IMG/VR virus record: IMGVR_UViG_3300020042_006582
Location: 1 to 37,563 of that record
DNA from: a virus
Lineage: Duplodnaviria > Caudoviricetes
Length of the DNA: 37,563 nucleotides
Strand: one strand, 5' to 3'
Shown here: in pieces, positions 17,493 to 25,551 of the stretch
Position numbering within the stretch: position 1 is the stretch's first letter
Layout: each line of letters begins with the position of its first letter
The notes under the pieces: generated by a model
What the model was told of the DNA's origin: nothing
Seen by the model: the letters and a program-made list of their open reading frames with translations, nothing else
The model's database searches: none
Made by a program: the position numbers and the translations under genes

Positions 17493-20156
17493 TTAATTAT
17501 ATGTGAAACGGTGTAGTTTAATTACAACTGGTTTTTTTTCTATTTCTTTTGGTGCGTATGCTTTTCTATTTAATCCCATTAAGGCATATCCGGAAGCTAC
17601 CGTAATATCAAATTTCTCTCTTTTTGAGATATTAAATTTACCCCAATCTTTTAATGTTCTGTCAAAAGGCATTGAGCCAATCTCTCCTTCTTGACGTATT
17701 GCTGTAGCACTTTGTCCTTGTGAGTATTTCCCAACGTATTTTAAGATATAAGATTCAATACCTGTTGCGTGTGAAGTTATTATATCTTGTGATGCTGATG
17801 GTATTCCTCCTAATAATTTTTCTTCTGGAGATATTTTACTTGTTGCTTTGTCGAATCTAGTTAATGAAAATCCGCGATAACCTCTATTTTTAAAGTGGTG
17901 CAACATTCTAGGTTTGTTATTCTCTATAAGAATTGGCATACCATAAAATACACAAGCCATTAACGCGTCTTCATAAAATACTTCTGCTTCTTCGGGTCTT
18001 GTAAGGTATTCTAGGAAAAAGAAATTACTTGGAACATTTTGCATTGTAGTTCCTGTAACTCCAGACAAAGCTCCTCTTGAACCTCCTGAATGTTCTAGTC
18101 CGTTTTCCGTGTTTTCTAAAACGCTATCAACGGTAGAGTTCATGTCATAATTATCCGCACCTAAGCACCCAATATCGTCATTCATTGGATGATAACTCAT
18201 TCCACCCCATTGATTTCTACGCATTTCAAACTGATTGCTTTTAAAATCAATTTCGTTTGGAATCCACGCTAATAAGAATCTTCCTGTTGAGCTTGGTTTC
18301 CATTCTACTATTGTGTCCTTTATTCCGTCTTTCCAAACAAAGTTTCCGCGAACTAAAGTTTTTTTAATATCGTAATCTGAGTTGTAATCTAATTGATCGT
18401 TTATTTTTTGTTGGTCGAAAGCAGAATCTACGGCTTCGTCTCTAAAAGCATCTTGTTTTGTAATTGGGTCAAGTCTTCTCGCGTTCCAATAAAACTTGTC
18501 TCCTAATAACTTAGCAGATTTAAACTCATTTTCTAAATACTGTAAAGAACCTATTTTTTGTTTTACTCCACTTGCATTAATAAAACTTTCTCCTTCTTTT
18601 AATGTGATATGACAAATCCCAAATTTATCCGTATAATCTTCCATGTTTTTATGTGCAGGAAGAAAATAAGAATACAATCCGGTAATAGTTCTATCGTTGG
18701 CATTACGTTTTAATACGTTTGATCCCTTTTCTAAATTTTCGAATTGTGAACCACCTTTATCTTTTGGATTTAAAGTAGAACCAATAAATGCTTTTCCAAC
18801 AACCTTTCCACCTTGAACCATTGTTGGTTTAATATTAACCCAATGTGCTTCATAGTCGTTTGGAGCGACCCATTTACCTGCTTCGTCCCCTAAGTACATT
18901 GTTAGTTTAATAGAGTCATACGCAAGCGTTGCAGTCGCTCTATAATCTACTAATGTGTTTAAATAGTCTTTTGTAGAAGTGTCTTTTGAAAGTTTTGAAG
19001 CTTTTGTGTTATCAGAAGGTTTTCCAAAAACCATTTTTTTAACATCATCAATCTTTCCTTTAATAACCGGAATAAAGAAAAACGGTAAATTCTGTACAGA
19101 GTGAGAATACTTTAAAAAGGCAGAAATTGCATCTGTTTCAGTTTTAGAAGTAATTCCATATTTAGCATTTTTAGTACAAGTAGAACTATCAATTAAATGA
19201 TCCAAAACCATTTCAGTAAAACCAGTTCTACGGCCTTTGGTAAAAAACATTCCTACGCTTCTTGGGTCAACTAAACAAGCTTTGGCAAAGTAATACATAT
19301 TAGCCTGAGCCATACGAAATTCTTTATAACCACCCGTTTCAAGCATTTCATTCCATTGAAGTCCCATGTAGTGAGCAGGAGTTAAATAAACGGCTTCTCC
19401 GTTATTCATAAACCATACTCCTTCGCGTCTTCTTCGGTATTCTTCAATAATGTAATCGTGAAAAGCTTCTTGTGTATCTGGGTTTAATCCCGTAGGAACA
19501 TCTTGTCTTCTCCAATATTGGTCTTCTTTTGCTTTTCTGTGAAAAAGTATTTCTGTATTTTTAGGCTTTTTTGGAAGCATTATTTTTAATCCATCCAACT
19601 CAATAATTTCTCCTTTTGTCCCTTTTGGACAAATCATTACAGCCTTAGTCTCTTCATCGTACCATTCTTTATGGTAGTTTTTTAATGGGAAAAACTCTTG
19701 GTTTGCATATTTTTCAGGATAACCTCTTTTGAACTCGCGTTCATTTAAGTCGAATTTATCGGCTTCAATCTGCATTTGAAGTTCCTTGTTCCCTGCGTCA
19801 ATATCAGAAATAGCTTTTAATATAATAGGCTTACTAGATATAGCAGTTCCATATTTTTCAGCATCTAATTCGTCAAACTGAATTTTCTTTCTTAACGCTT
19901 GTCTTAAAACATTTACCGATGTTTCTCCAACTTCTACAAGTTCGATTATATAGGTTTTCAGTTTTTCGTGGCTAGGTGCGTTTGGGGAGTTTTGCCAAGT
20001 TAATAAAAGTTGCTTAACAGCCGTAAAAGAAACTATACGAGAATTTACTAACTTAGATAATTTTTCATCATCTACAGTCAGTATATCTACGTCAAGAAGT
20101 AATCCTTCTAAGGAGTCTTGAATTGCAATTTCTATGTCTTCTGATAATCCTTGCAT
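17493..20156 (-). CDS. terL: Terminase large subunit with N-terminal helical extension (887 aa)
   Basis: Walker A-like TKGRRTGFT, Walker B MYLGDEAGKW, coupling motif GST, nuclease motifs GADNYD, LIENNKP and FDITVASG; upstream of portal. Confidence 0.9.
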   Translation of the reverse strand: MQGLSEDIEIAIQDSLEGLLLDVDILTVDDEKLSKLVNSRIVSFTAVKQLLLTWQNSPNAPSHEKLKTYIIELVEVGETSVNVLRQALRKKIQFDELDAEKYGTAISSKPIILKAISDIDAGNKELQMQIEADKFDLNEREFKRGYPEKYANQEFFPLKNYHKEWYDEETKAVMICPKGTKGEIIELDGLKIMLPKKPKNTEILFHRKAKEDQYWRRQDVPTGLNPDTQEAFHDYIIEEYRRRREGVWFMNNGEAVYLTPAHYMGLQWNEMLETGGYKEFRMAQANMYYFAKACLVDPRSVGMFFTKGRRTGFTEMVLDHLIDSSTCTKNAKYGITSKTETDAISAFLKYSHSVQNLPFFFIPVIKGKIDDVKKMVFGKPSDNTKASKLSKDTSTKDYLNTLVDYRATATLAYDSIKLTMYLGDEAGKWVAPNDYEAHWVNIKPTMVQGGKVVGKAFIGSTLNPKDKGGSQFENLEKGSNVLKRNANDRTITGLYSYFLPAHKNMEDYTDKFGICHITLKEGESFINASGVKQKIGSLQYLENEFKSAKLLGDKFYWNARRLDPITKQDAFRDEAVDSAFDQQKINDQLDYNSDYDIKKTLVRGNFVWKDGIKDTIVEWKPSSTGRFLLAWIPNEIDFKSNQFEMRRNQWGGMSYHPMNDDIGCLGADNYDMNSTVDSVLENTENGLEHSGGSRGALSGVTGTTMQNVPSNFFFLEYLTRPEEAEVFYEDALMACVFYGMPILIENNKPRMLHHFKNRGYRGFSLTRFDKATSKISPEEKLLGGIPSASQDIITSHATGIESYILKYVGKYSQGQSATAIRQEGEIGSMPFDRTLKDWGKFNISKREKFDITVASGYALMGLNRKAYAPKEIEKKPVVIKLHRFTYN

Positions 20157-20720
20157 TTAGGCTGATATTTTTACTAATATGTTTGGAACTCTCATTCTGT
20201 ATAGTTTTTGTCCTTCAATTTCAAATTCATATTCTGAATCTGTTTTAAAGGCAATTCTATCTCCTGCGAAAACTCCTTGACTTTCTAAATAATTATTCGC
20301 GTACTTTACAATTCCTTGATGCTCAACTTCTACTTTTCCAATCCATCTTTTTTCTTCAATAATTGGCTCAATAAAACAATAATAATCTACAGATATGTAT
20401 TTTCCGTCTCTAAAGATAAGAAAAATACTCTCTTCATCAAGAAAATATAAATTATCTTTAAAATAGCAAACAGATTTTCTGGTTATTCCTTTTGTGTCAA
20501 ACCAATCTCTGAATACATTATGCTGAACTACAACTTCGTCTCCAATCTGTATGTTTCCGCTATAATTTAAAGGCAATGCAACAATTATCCCAAATCTATT
20601 TACATTAATTGCTTCTTCAATAGAAGTGTTGACAACCATTATGTGATCGCCAACTTTTTTTTCATTAACGTAATTTGTTCCGCCTTTTGGTGTAACTATA
20701 AATCTGTCCGTGCTTTGCAT
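20157..20720 (-). CDS. Tandem GroES-like (co-chaperonin fold) protein (187 aa)
   Basis: Two GroES-like units: DRFIVTP...FGIIVALP...IQIGDEVVV and YCFIEPI...GIVKYAN...GVFAGDRIAF...FEIEGQKLYRM. Confidence 0.65.
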   Translation of the reverse strand: MQSTDRFIVTPKGGTNYVNEKKVGDHIMVVNTSIEEAINVNRFGIIVALPLNYSGNIQIGDEVVVQHNVFRDWFDTKGITRKSVCYFKDNLYFLDEESIFLIFRDGKYISVDYYCFIEPIIEEKRWIGKVEVEHQGIVKYANNYLESQGVFAGDRIAFKTDSEYEFEIEGQKLYRMRVPNILVKISA

Positions 20721-20721
20721 A

Positions 20722-20991
20722 TTAATCTATAAAATTAAACTTTGTTATTCTTTTCTTGTCGTAAAACTCAATCCATTCCTGAGTTGTATTTTCGTTTGTG
20801 ATATAAAGTTTAAATCCGTTTTCAGTTTCAATGATTTCAGAAATTGTACGCTTTACTTTTTTGCCATCAATCTCAAACATTCTAATTCCACCAACGGTAT
20901 AAACCATAGTCATAAGTTTTGTTTCTTCTGAATCTGGTTTAGTTATTACAACTTCTACTGATATTTGTCTTATTCTTTGTCTCATAATCAT
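20722..20991 (-). CDS. Hypothetical protein (89 aa)
   Basis: Beta-rich small ORF tightly packed against the GroES-like gene. Confidence 0.6.
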   Translation of the reverse strand: MIMRQRIRQISVEVVITKPDSEETKLMTMVYTVGGIRMFEIDGKKVKRTISEIIETENGFKLYITNENTTQEWIEFYDKKRITKFNFID

Positions 20992-21011
20992 AATTGAATT
21001 TTATTTATTTT

Positions 21012-21305
21012 TTAACAAGAACCTCCGTATAATATACTTGTAACACTTGCCCCGTTTATTTGAGTTACTGAACCGTCCCTTACACAATATGGCACTAATA
21101 TTTCAAATCCATCTATTGGAGGTGTACAAGGCGCGTTTATTGTTGTTGTTTGTGGTGTTCCTGCACAGTCTATATAAGAAAACTCAAAATTATGACCGCC
21201 AGAGCAACCAGATGGAGTGTCATAAGAAAATCCCATCCATTCTACGCAGTTTGCACTTATTGTTTCATCTTGTGTTTGATATATTTTTTTATACTTGTGT
21301 ATCAT
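21012..21305 (-). CDS. Small Cys-rich protein (97 aa), possibly virion-associated
   Basis: Six Cys, motif FSYIDCAGTPQT...YCVRDGSV; in the fibre gene run. Confidence 0.55.
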   Translation of the reverse strand: MIHKYKKIYQTQDETISANCVEWMGFSYDTPSGCSGGHNFEFSYIDCAGTPQTTTINAPCTPPIDGFEILVPYCVRDGSVTQINGASVTSILYGGSC

Positions 21306-21309
21306 ATTT

Positions 21310-22452
21310 TTATAGTTTTGTACTTCCTATTAAATAGTGTGTTACAGTAGCTAGTTCTTTTTCAATTAAAGCCCAATAATATTGACCTTTAATTTTATAC
21401 CCTACTGCTGTATTAATTACAGAAGTACCTGTTGGTGTTATTGTAACATCCCCTGTCCCTTTTTGAATAAAAGCTACTGAAAAATTACTAGGTAAAGTGT
21501 TAGGCACGTTAATAACAACATTTGAAGCTCCATTATCAACAATTATAGTGTATTTGTCGTCCCCATTAACTAACGTATAAGGAAAAGCACTAACTATTTT
21601 TTGTAAGTTGTTTACTTCTACTTGGTATTCATTTCCTGATGTTCCGTTTCCTGATACTGTTGTTGTTGTGCTATTTTCTAACACCGCTATAGTATCTGTA
21701 GCTGATATTACAAAATTATTTGGTGTAGGTTCTGTAACAACTACGTTTGTTCCGGCAGTTATATTTATATCATTAGCAGGTATCTCTATAAATATTGTTT
21801 CCCCTGTTAATGAAACTGTAGCCGTACTAGATGCTATTTTTCTGAACTCTTGTAGTTTTGTTGTTGCATTATAACCTTTGTAAACAGCAATTCCTGTTGC
21901 TCCTAAATTAGTTTGCTCTGTTTGTTCTAATAATATTTTTCCCGTTTCGTTGCCTAAAACTATTTCTTTTGTAATACTAAACCCAACTGAACCAATAGAA
22001 TAATGTTCTTCTCTTCCTGTAGATGCGTTAAGTCCTTTATAAAAACTAATAGTATTTGATAAATTTTCAGCAACTAAACTAATTGGGATAAAATCATTAG
22101 ATGTTACATCGTCTTGTAAAACTCCTAGAACTACATCTTGTAATTTTAATTGATACTTATTCCCATTTATGTTAAAAATTAAAACTTCGAATCTCTGTAC
22201 TATTACAGATGGATCTAATTGGTTTGCAACATCTTCCGGAGTTGTTAAAGCACCTGAGTAAATTATTTCAGTTACTTTTAAAGTTCCTCCTGTTTCTGGA
22301 GAAAGACCTGCTATCATTAATGCTTGAATTGAAGATAGCTCAAAACTTGCTGTTTCTTTTTTTATTGTCTCGCTATTAGACCCTATAAGTTTATCCGTAA
22401 GAACAGGACTTGGCTTGACCGGATAAGCATTAGTGTTTTTTATTGCTGTCAT
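21310..22452 (-). CDS. Putative fibre/structural protein (380 aa)
   Basis: N-terminal anchor (MTAIKNTNAYP...DKLIGSNSE) similar to that of the 891-aa fibre; two internal YKG.NA.T repeats; beta-rich C-terminal domain (YTLVNGD...IQKGTGDVTIT). Confidence 0.6.
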   Translation of the reverse strand: MTAIKNTNAYPVKPSPVLTDKLIGSNSETIKKETASFELSSIQALMIAGLSPETGGTLKVTEIIYSGALTTPEDVANQLDPSVIVQRFEVLIFNINGNKYQLKLQDVVLGVLQDDVTSNDFIPISLVAENLSNTISFYKGLNASTGREEHYSIGSVGFSITKEIVLGNETGKILLEQTEQTNLGATGIAVYKGYNATTKLQEFRKIASSTATVSLTGETIFIEIPANDINITAGTNVVVTEPTPNNFVISATDTIAVLENSTTTTVSGNGTSGNEYQVEVNNLQKIVSAFPYTLVNGDDKYTIIVDNGASNVVINVPNTLPSNFSVAFIQKGTGDVTITPTGTSVINTAVGYKIKGQYYWALIEKELATVTHYLIGSTKL

Positions 22453-22456
22453 TATC

Positions 22457-23071
22457 TTATTTTTTAAAGATTATCAATTTAAGAGCATAAGTACCAATCC
22501 CGATTGCTGTTGCTTTCCAGAAGTTTTTCTTTAGCTTTTCTTTTCGAATTTGTTTTGTTTTATTTTCATTTACAAATTCCAAATTTTTATTTTCATTTAA
22601 CATTAAATCATTTGCTTGAAGTAAATCTTTCTTTTGAACTTCTTGGAATTTTATAATTGTGTCTTGTTTCGCTATTTCTGTGTTTTTATCTAAAATAACT
22701 ACATTACAAGCACTATCTTTTAAAACTGACAACTCATATACTTTTTGAATAGTATCGTTGCAATCTTTAACGTTTTCTATGTATTTTGGCTTGTAGTTTT
22801 TCCTTTGAAGATTATATAGTTTAGTTTCTGAAACTTGAGTTCGATTTTGAGCCAAAAGTAAATCTGAATATAAACCTACAAGTTGATTTTCTGATTCCTG
22901 ATACTTTGCCATAATTTTTTTATGCTCCGTTTTTAAGGAATCGATAGTTTTTTCGTATTTCTTGTTCTCTGAATGTTTTTTAACTGTGATATTACATTTA
23001 AAAAATGCAGATATTAAAATCAACACTACAATTAGTGCGAATAAAAATCTTTTAGCTGTTATCTGTGTCAT
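22457..23071 (-). CDS. Putative spanin-like lysis protein (204 aa)
   Basis: N-terminal hydrophobic helix ending AFFKC, long coiled coil, C-terminal hydrophobic helix; directly downstream of the endolysin. Confidence 0.5.
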   Translation of the reverse strand: MTQITAKRFLFALIVVLILISAFFKCNITVKKHSENKKYEKTIDSLKTEHKKIMAKYQESENQLVGLYSDLLLAQNRTQVSETKLYNLQRKNYKPKYIENVKDCNDTIQKVYELSVLKDSACNVVILDKNTEIAKQDTIIKFQEVQKKDLLQANDLMLNENKNLEFVNENKTKQIRKEKLKKNFWKATAIGIGTYALKLIIFKK

Positions 23072-23073
23072 GG

Positions 23074-23586
23074 TTAAATTATTGGATAAACTATTCCGTT
23101 ATCTGTAATTATTTTTTTAGCTTTAATTTGCTTTTCTAAATCTTGCCATTTATAGCTAGTTCCATCTTTTTTCTTTAATTGAAAATGCGGAGCGTCTTTA
23201 AATGATTTCCAATCTCCTCCCCATTCCCAACCTTTAGATTTAAAATAGTTTGTTATTTCTTTCCAATCTGCAATACTATCTTTATCAAAATCTCTAATCA
23301 TAGACCAACTTGCTTCTTCAAATGTTCCGTTTCCGTCATTGTCATAAAGCATTACTATATCAAAGGCTAAACCGTAATTATGAATTGATTGTCCTCCTTT
23401 TGCGTTTGTAACTTTAGGTCTTTGATTATAAAGTTTGTCTTGTAAAGCATTTGAACGATAAACATAAGCAAATCTTAATCTAGCACCTTTTCCTAAAAGA
23501 TTATTTGCTTCTTTATACTGCTCTAAAAGCACTTCTCTTAAATCAGGGTGTGCTTCTTTTATCCTTGTTATCGTTATCTCGTCCAT
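23074..23586 (-). CDS. Endolysin, peptidase M15 (L-Ala-D-Glu peptidase-like)
   Basis: YRSNALQDKLY, VTNAKGGQSIHNYGLAFD (SxHxxGxAxD), WEWGGDWKSFKDAPHFQ zinc-peptidase motifs. Confidence 0.9.
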   Translation of the reverse strand: MDEITITRIKEAHPDLREVLLEQYKEANNLLGKGARLRFAYVYRSNALQDKLYNQRPKVTNAKGGQSIHNYGLAFDIVMLYDNDGNGTFEEASWSMIRDFDKDSIADWKEITNYFKSKGWEWGGDWKSFKDAPHFQLKKKDGTSYKWQDLEKQIKAKKIITDNGIVYPII

Positions 23587-23719
23587 CGTCTTTTATTTTT
23601 TTAAAAAGTTTACAAAGTTTTTTTTCTCCTTTTTCTATGCAAATTCTCAAATTTTCTAAGTTCTCCTGCATAGTCTCTTTCTCTTCACTTATCTTGGGGG
23701 TTGGGAAGCACATAATCAT
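23543..23719 (-). CDS. Small hypothetical protein (58 aa), not in ORF track
   Basis: MIMCFPTPKISEEKETMQENLENLRICIEKGEKKLCKLFKKIKDDGRDNDNKDKRSTP*; fills the gap between the holin-like gene and the endolysin. Confidence 0.5.
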   Translation of the reverse strand: MIMCFPTPKISEEKETMQENLENLRICIEKGEKKLCKLFKKIKDDGRDNDNKDKRSTP

Positions 23720-23724
23720 ATCTT

Positions 23725-24006
23725 TTATTTTTTAAATAGAATCGATAGATTCTGAATGGATTCAGAATACTGATTATTTATTCTTAAAAGAGCTTCGTTA
23801 AAAGAACGTATTTCGCTTAAATGCTCTTTGTACAATCGGTCTCTTTCGGCTGTAAATTCTTTATAAAGGGTTTGATTGGCTCTAAATAAATAGTATATTA
23901 CAGCTCCGAAAGCTAAAACTAATGCTATTAATACTCCTCCTATTGTCATGTCATTCCAAGATACAATATCGTGTAATTGACTCGGTGTAATTGGTGCTTT
24001 ATCCAT
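23725..24006 (-). CDS. Holin/antiholin-like membrane protein (93 aa)
   Basis: One TM helix (IGGVLIALVLAFGAVIYYLF) plus coiled-coil tail; upstream of the endolysin. Confidence 0.5.
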   Translation of the reverse strand: MDKAPITPSQLHDIVSWNDMTIGGVLIALVLAFGAVIYYLFRANQTLYKEFTAERDRLYKEHLSEIRSFNEALLRINNQYSESIQNLSILFKK

Positions 24007-24340
24007 TCTTTATTCGTTTGTCTAGTTCTAAAATAAGTGTTAGTGTCAAAATTACAGAAAATATTGTAATTACATACCAAAAATTATAATATTTATCTGA
24101 AATATAATTCCCAATAATATCTACTATGTTTATCATTATCAGACCAATAGGAGATAATCTTGTAAACCAACAATATTTACCATAATAAAAAACATAAAAG
24201 AAAAGAATATTTGTAGCTATTGAATAACCAAATAAATTTCCTACAACTACGTAATTGTAATCAATAAATACTGATAATAAAGATGCTACCAATAAAAATA
24301 TTGGTAGCAAATAAACATACTGTTTTAGCCAAAAATTCAT
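23999..24340 (-). CDS. Multi-pass membrane protein (113 aa, about 4 TM)
   Basis: Four hydrophobic segments; overlaps both neighbours. Confidence 0.65.
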   Translation of the reverse strand: MNFWLKQYVYLLPIFLLVASLLSVFIDYNYVVVGNLFGYSIATNILFFYVFYYGKYCWFTRLSPIGLIMINIVDIIGNYISDKYYNFWYVITIFSVILTLTLILELDKRIKNG

Positions 24341-24594
24341 TACGGCTTAATTGGGTTTTTTATTCCTCCTCCTCCAATATCAGAGTCTTCCTCTTTATTT
24401 GTTAAAAGATTTTGTTTTCCTAAGCCTAATTTTGCTTGTGTAAAATAAGCCGTTATAAAAACACCTAAACCTTTTATGATGTTAATCCAAAAAACATCAT
24501 TTATAAAACGTTCTAAAATACCATATTGGCTATCTAATATAAAAGATATTAAAAACCCAATAATTGCCCAATTCTTTTTTAATAATTTTTTCAT
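24340..24594 (-). CDS. Holin-like membrane protein (84 aa, 2 TM)
   Basis: Two hydrophobic helices and a polar C-terminal tail ending DIGGGGIKNPIKP. Confidence 0.5.
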   Translation of the reverse strand: MKKLLKKNWAIIGFLISFILDSQYGILERFINDVFWINIIKGLGVFITAYFTQAKLGLGKQNLLTNKEEDSDIGGGGIKNPIKP

Positions 24595-24630
24595 TGTTTG
24601 CTTGTGTTATAGTTAGTAATTGTTTTTTTA

Positions 24631-25140
24631 TTAATCTAATTTGTTGTTGTTTTCTCCGGTGTAATTTATAATTATTGGTAACATTCCAATCCATTCAGCA
24701 TATAGTAAACTATACCAATTGAAGACGAAATGACCGAGCATTGATATAATTATAAGTAAACCAAAAACAATCTTTAAAAGTCGTTGTTTTGGACTTGAAA
24801 ATAGTATCATTGCGAATAAACTACCTATGAAGAATATTCCTGCAAATGAGTAATGAAGAATTGAATAGTCTTTGTGTGGTGTAATAGAAATTCCGATAAG
24901 AGATAATCCCAAAACAATTGAATACCATTTATTCCTTGTGATTAAATCATCTTTACAACCATCTACAATAAGCATTGCACCAGTAAACGTTAAAAAAGCT
25001 ACAAATACAAAACTATATTCTGAATAAGCATAGTTTGATATTGAAGTCCTTATTTCTCCATCAACTGCATACAGAAATATTGGAAGAAAAATCAACCAGA
25101 GAAATGAAATGTTAAGTAGTTTTTTAATACGCTTTTCCAT
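24631..25140 (-). CDS. Multi-pass membrane protein (about 169 aa, 5-6 TM; DUF998/Frag1-like)
   Basis: RTSISNYAYS, ILHYSFAGIFF, LLYAEWIG motifs with several TM helices; ATG at 25140 avoids overlap with the upstream gene. Confidence 0.55.
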   Translation of the reverse strand: MEKRIKKLLNISFLWLIFLPIFLYAVDGEIRTSISNYAYSEYSFVFVAFLTFTGAMLIVDGCKDDLITRNKWYSIVLGLSLIGISITPHKDYSILHYSFAGIFFIGSLFAMILFSSPKQRLLKIVFGLLIIISMLGHFVFNWYSLLYAEWIGMLPIIINYTGENNNKLD

Positions 25141-25153
25141 ATTATTATTATTG

Positions 25154-25528
25154 TTAATTTTCTGGTGTGTATTCCCAATCACTTGGTTCTATACCATAAA
25201 CTGTTTTATTGCTTTGAAATAAATTAGTCGTAGTATCTATCATTAATGCTATCTGCATTTTTTTCCATTCTTTATCTGTTTTAGAAAGACCAGATATTTC
25301 TTGTTGAAAATTATCTTCTATATAAGCGTCTAAAAAATTAATCTTATCATTATCATAAAAAACCTCTTTAGATTTATATGGATCGCTATTTGGTTTGCTA
25401 ATATCCCAATCAATAACTAAATATGTTGTTCCTTCTTTTGTTGTTCTTAAAGGAAAAACCTCAATCATAATTTTCCCTAACTTCTCATCGCGATCTCCGT
25501 AAATGATATTGTTTTTTGTCTGTATCAT
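25154..25528 (-). CDS. Hypothetical protein (124 aa)
   Basis: ORF with ATG, ending YGIEPSDWE; follows the fibre genes, possibly a fibre-assembly factor. Confidence 0.6.
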   Translation of the reverse strand: MIQTKNNIIYGDRDEKLGKIMIEVFPLRTTKEGTTYLVIDWDISKPNSDPYKSKEVFYDNDKINFLDAYIEDNFQQEISGLSKTDKEWKKMQIALMIDTTTNLFQSNKTVYGIEPSDWEYTPEN

Positions 25529-25551
25529 ATTAATAAACTATTTTTTTCTAA

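Noticed and set aside
17493-20156. Intein or group I intron explaining the long TerL
   Set aside because: No intein splice motifs or LAGLIDADG pattern seen and the frame is uninterrupted; the extra length is N-terminal.
23719-23736. -1 frameshift fusing the 93-aa holin-like gene to the 58-aa ORF at TTT AAA AAA TAA
   Set aside because: The run is not phased as an X_XXY_YYZ heptamer, and the downstream ORF has its own ATG with an A-rich leader.
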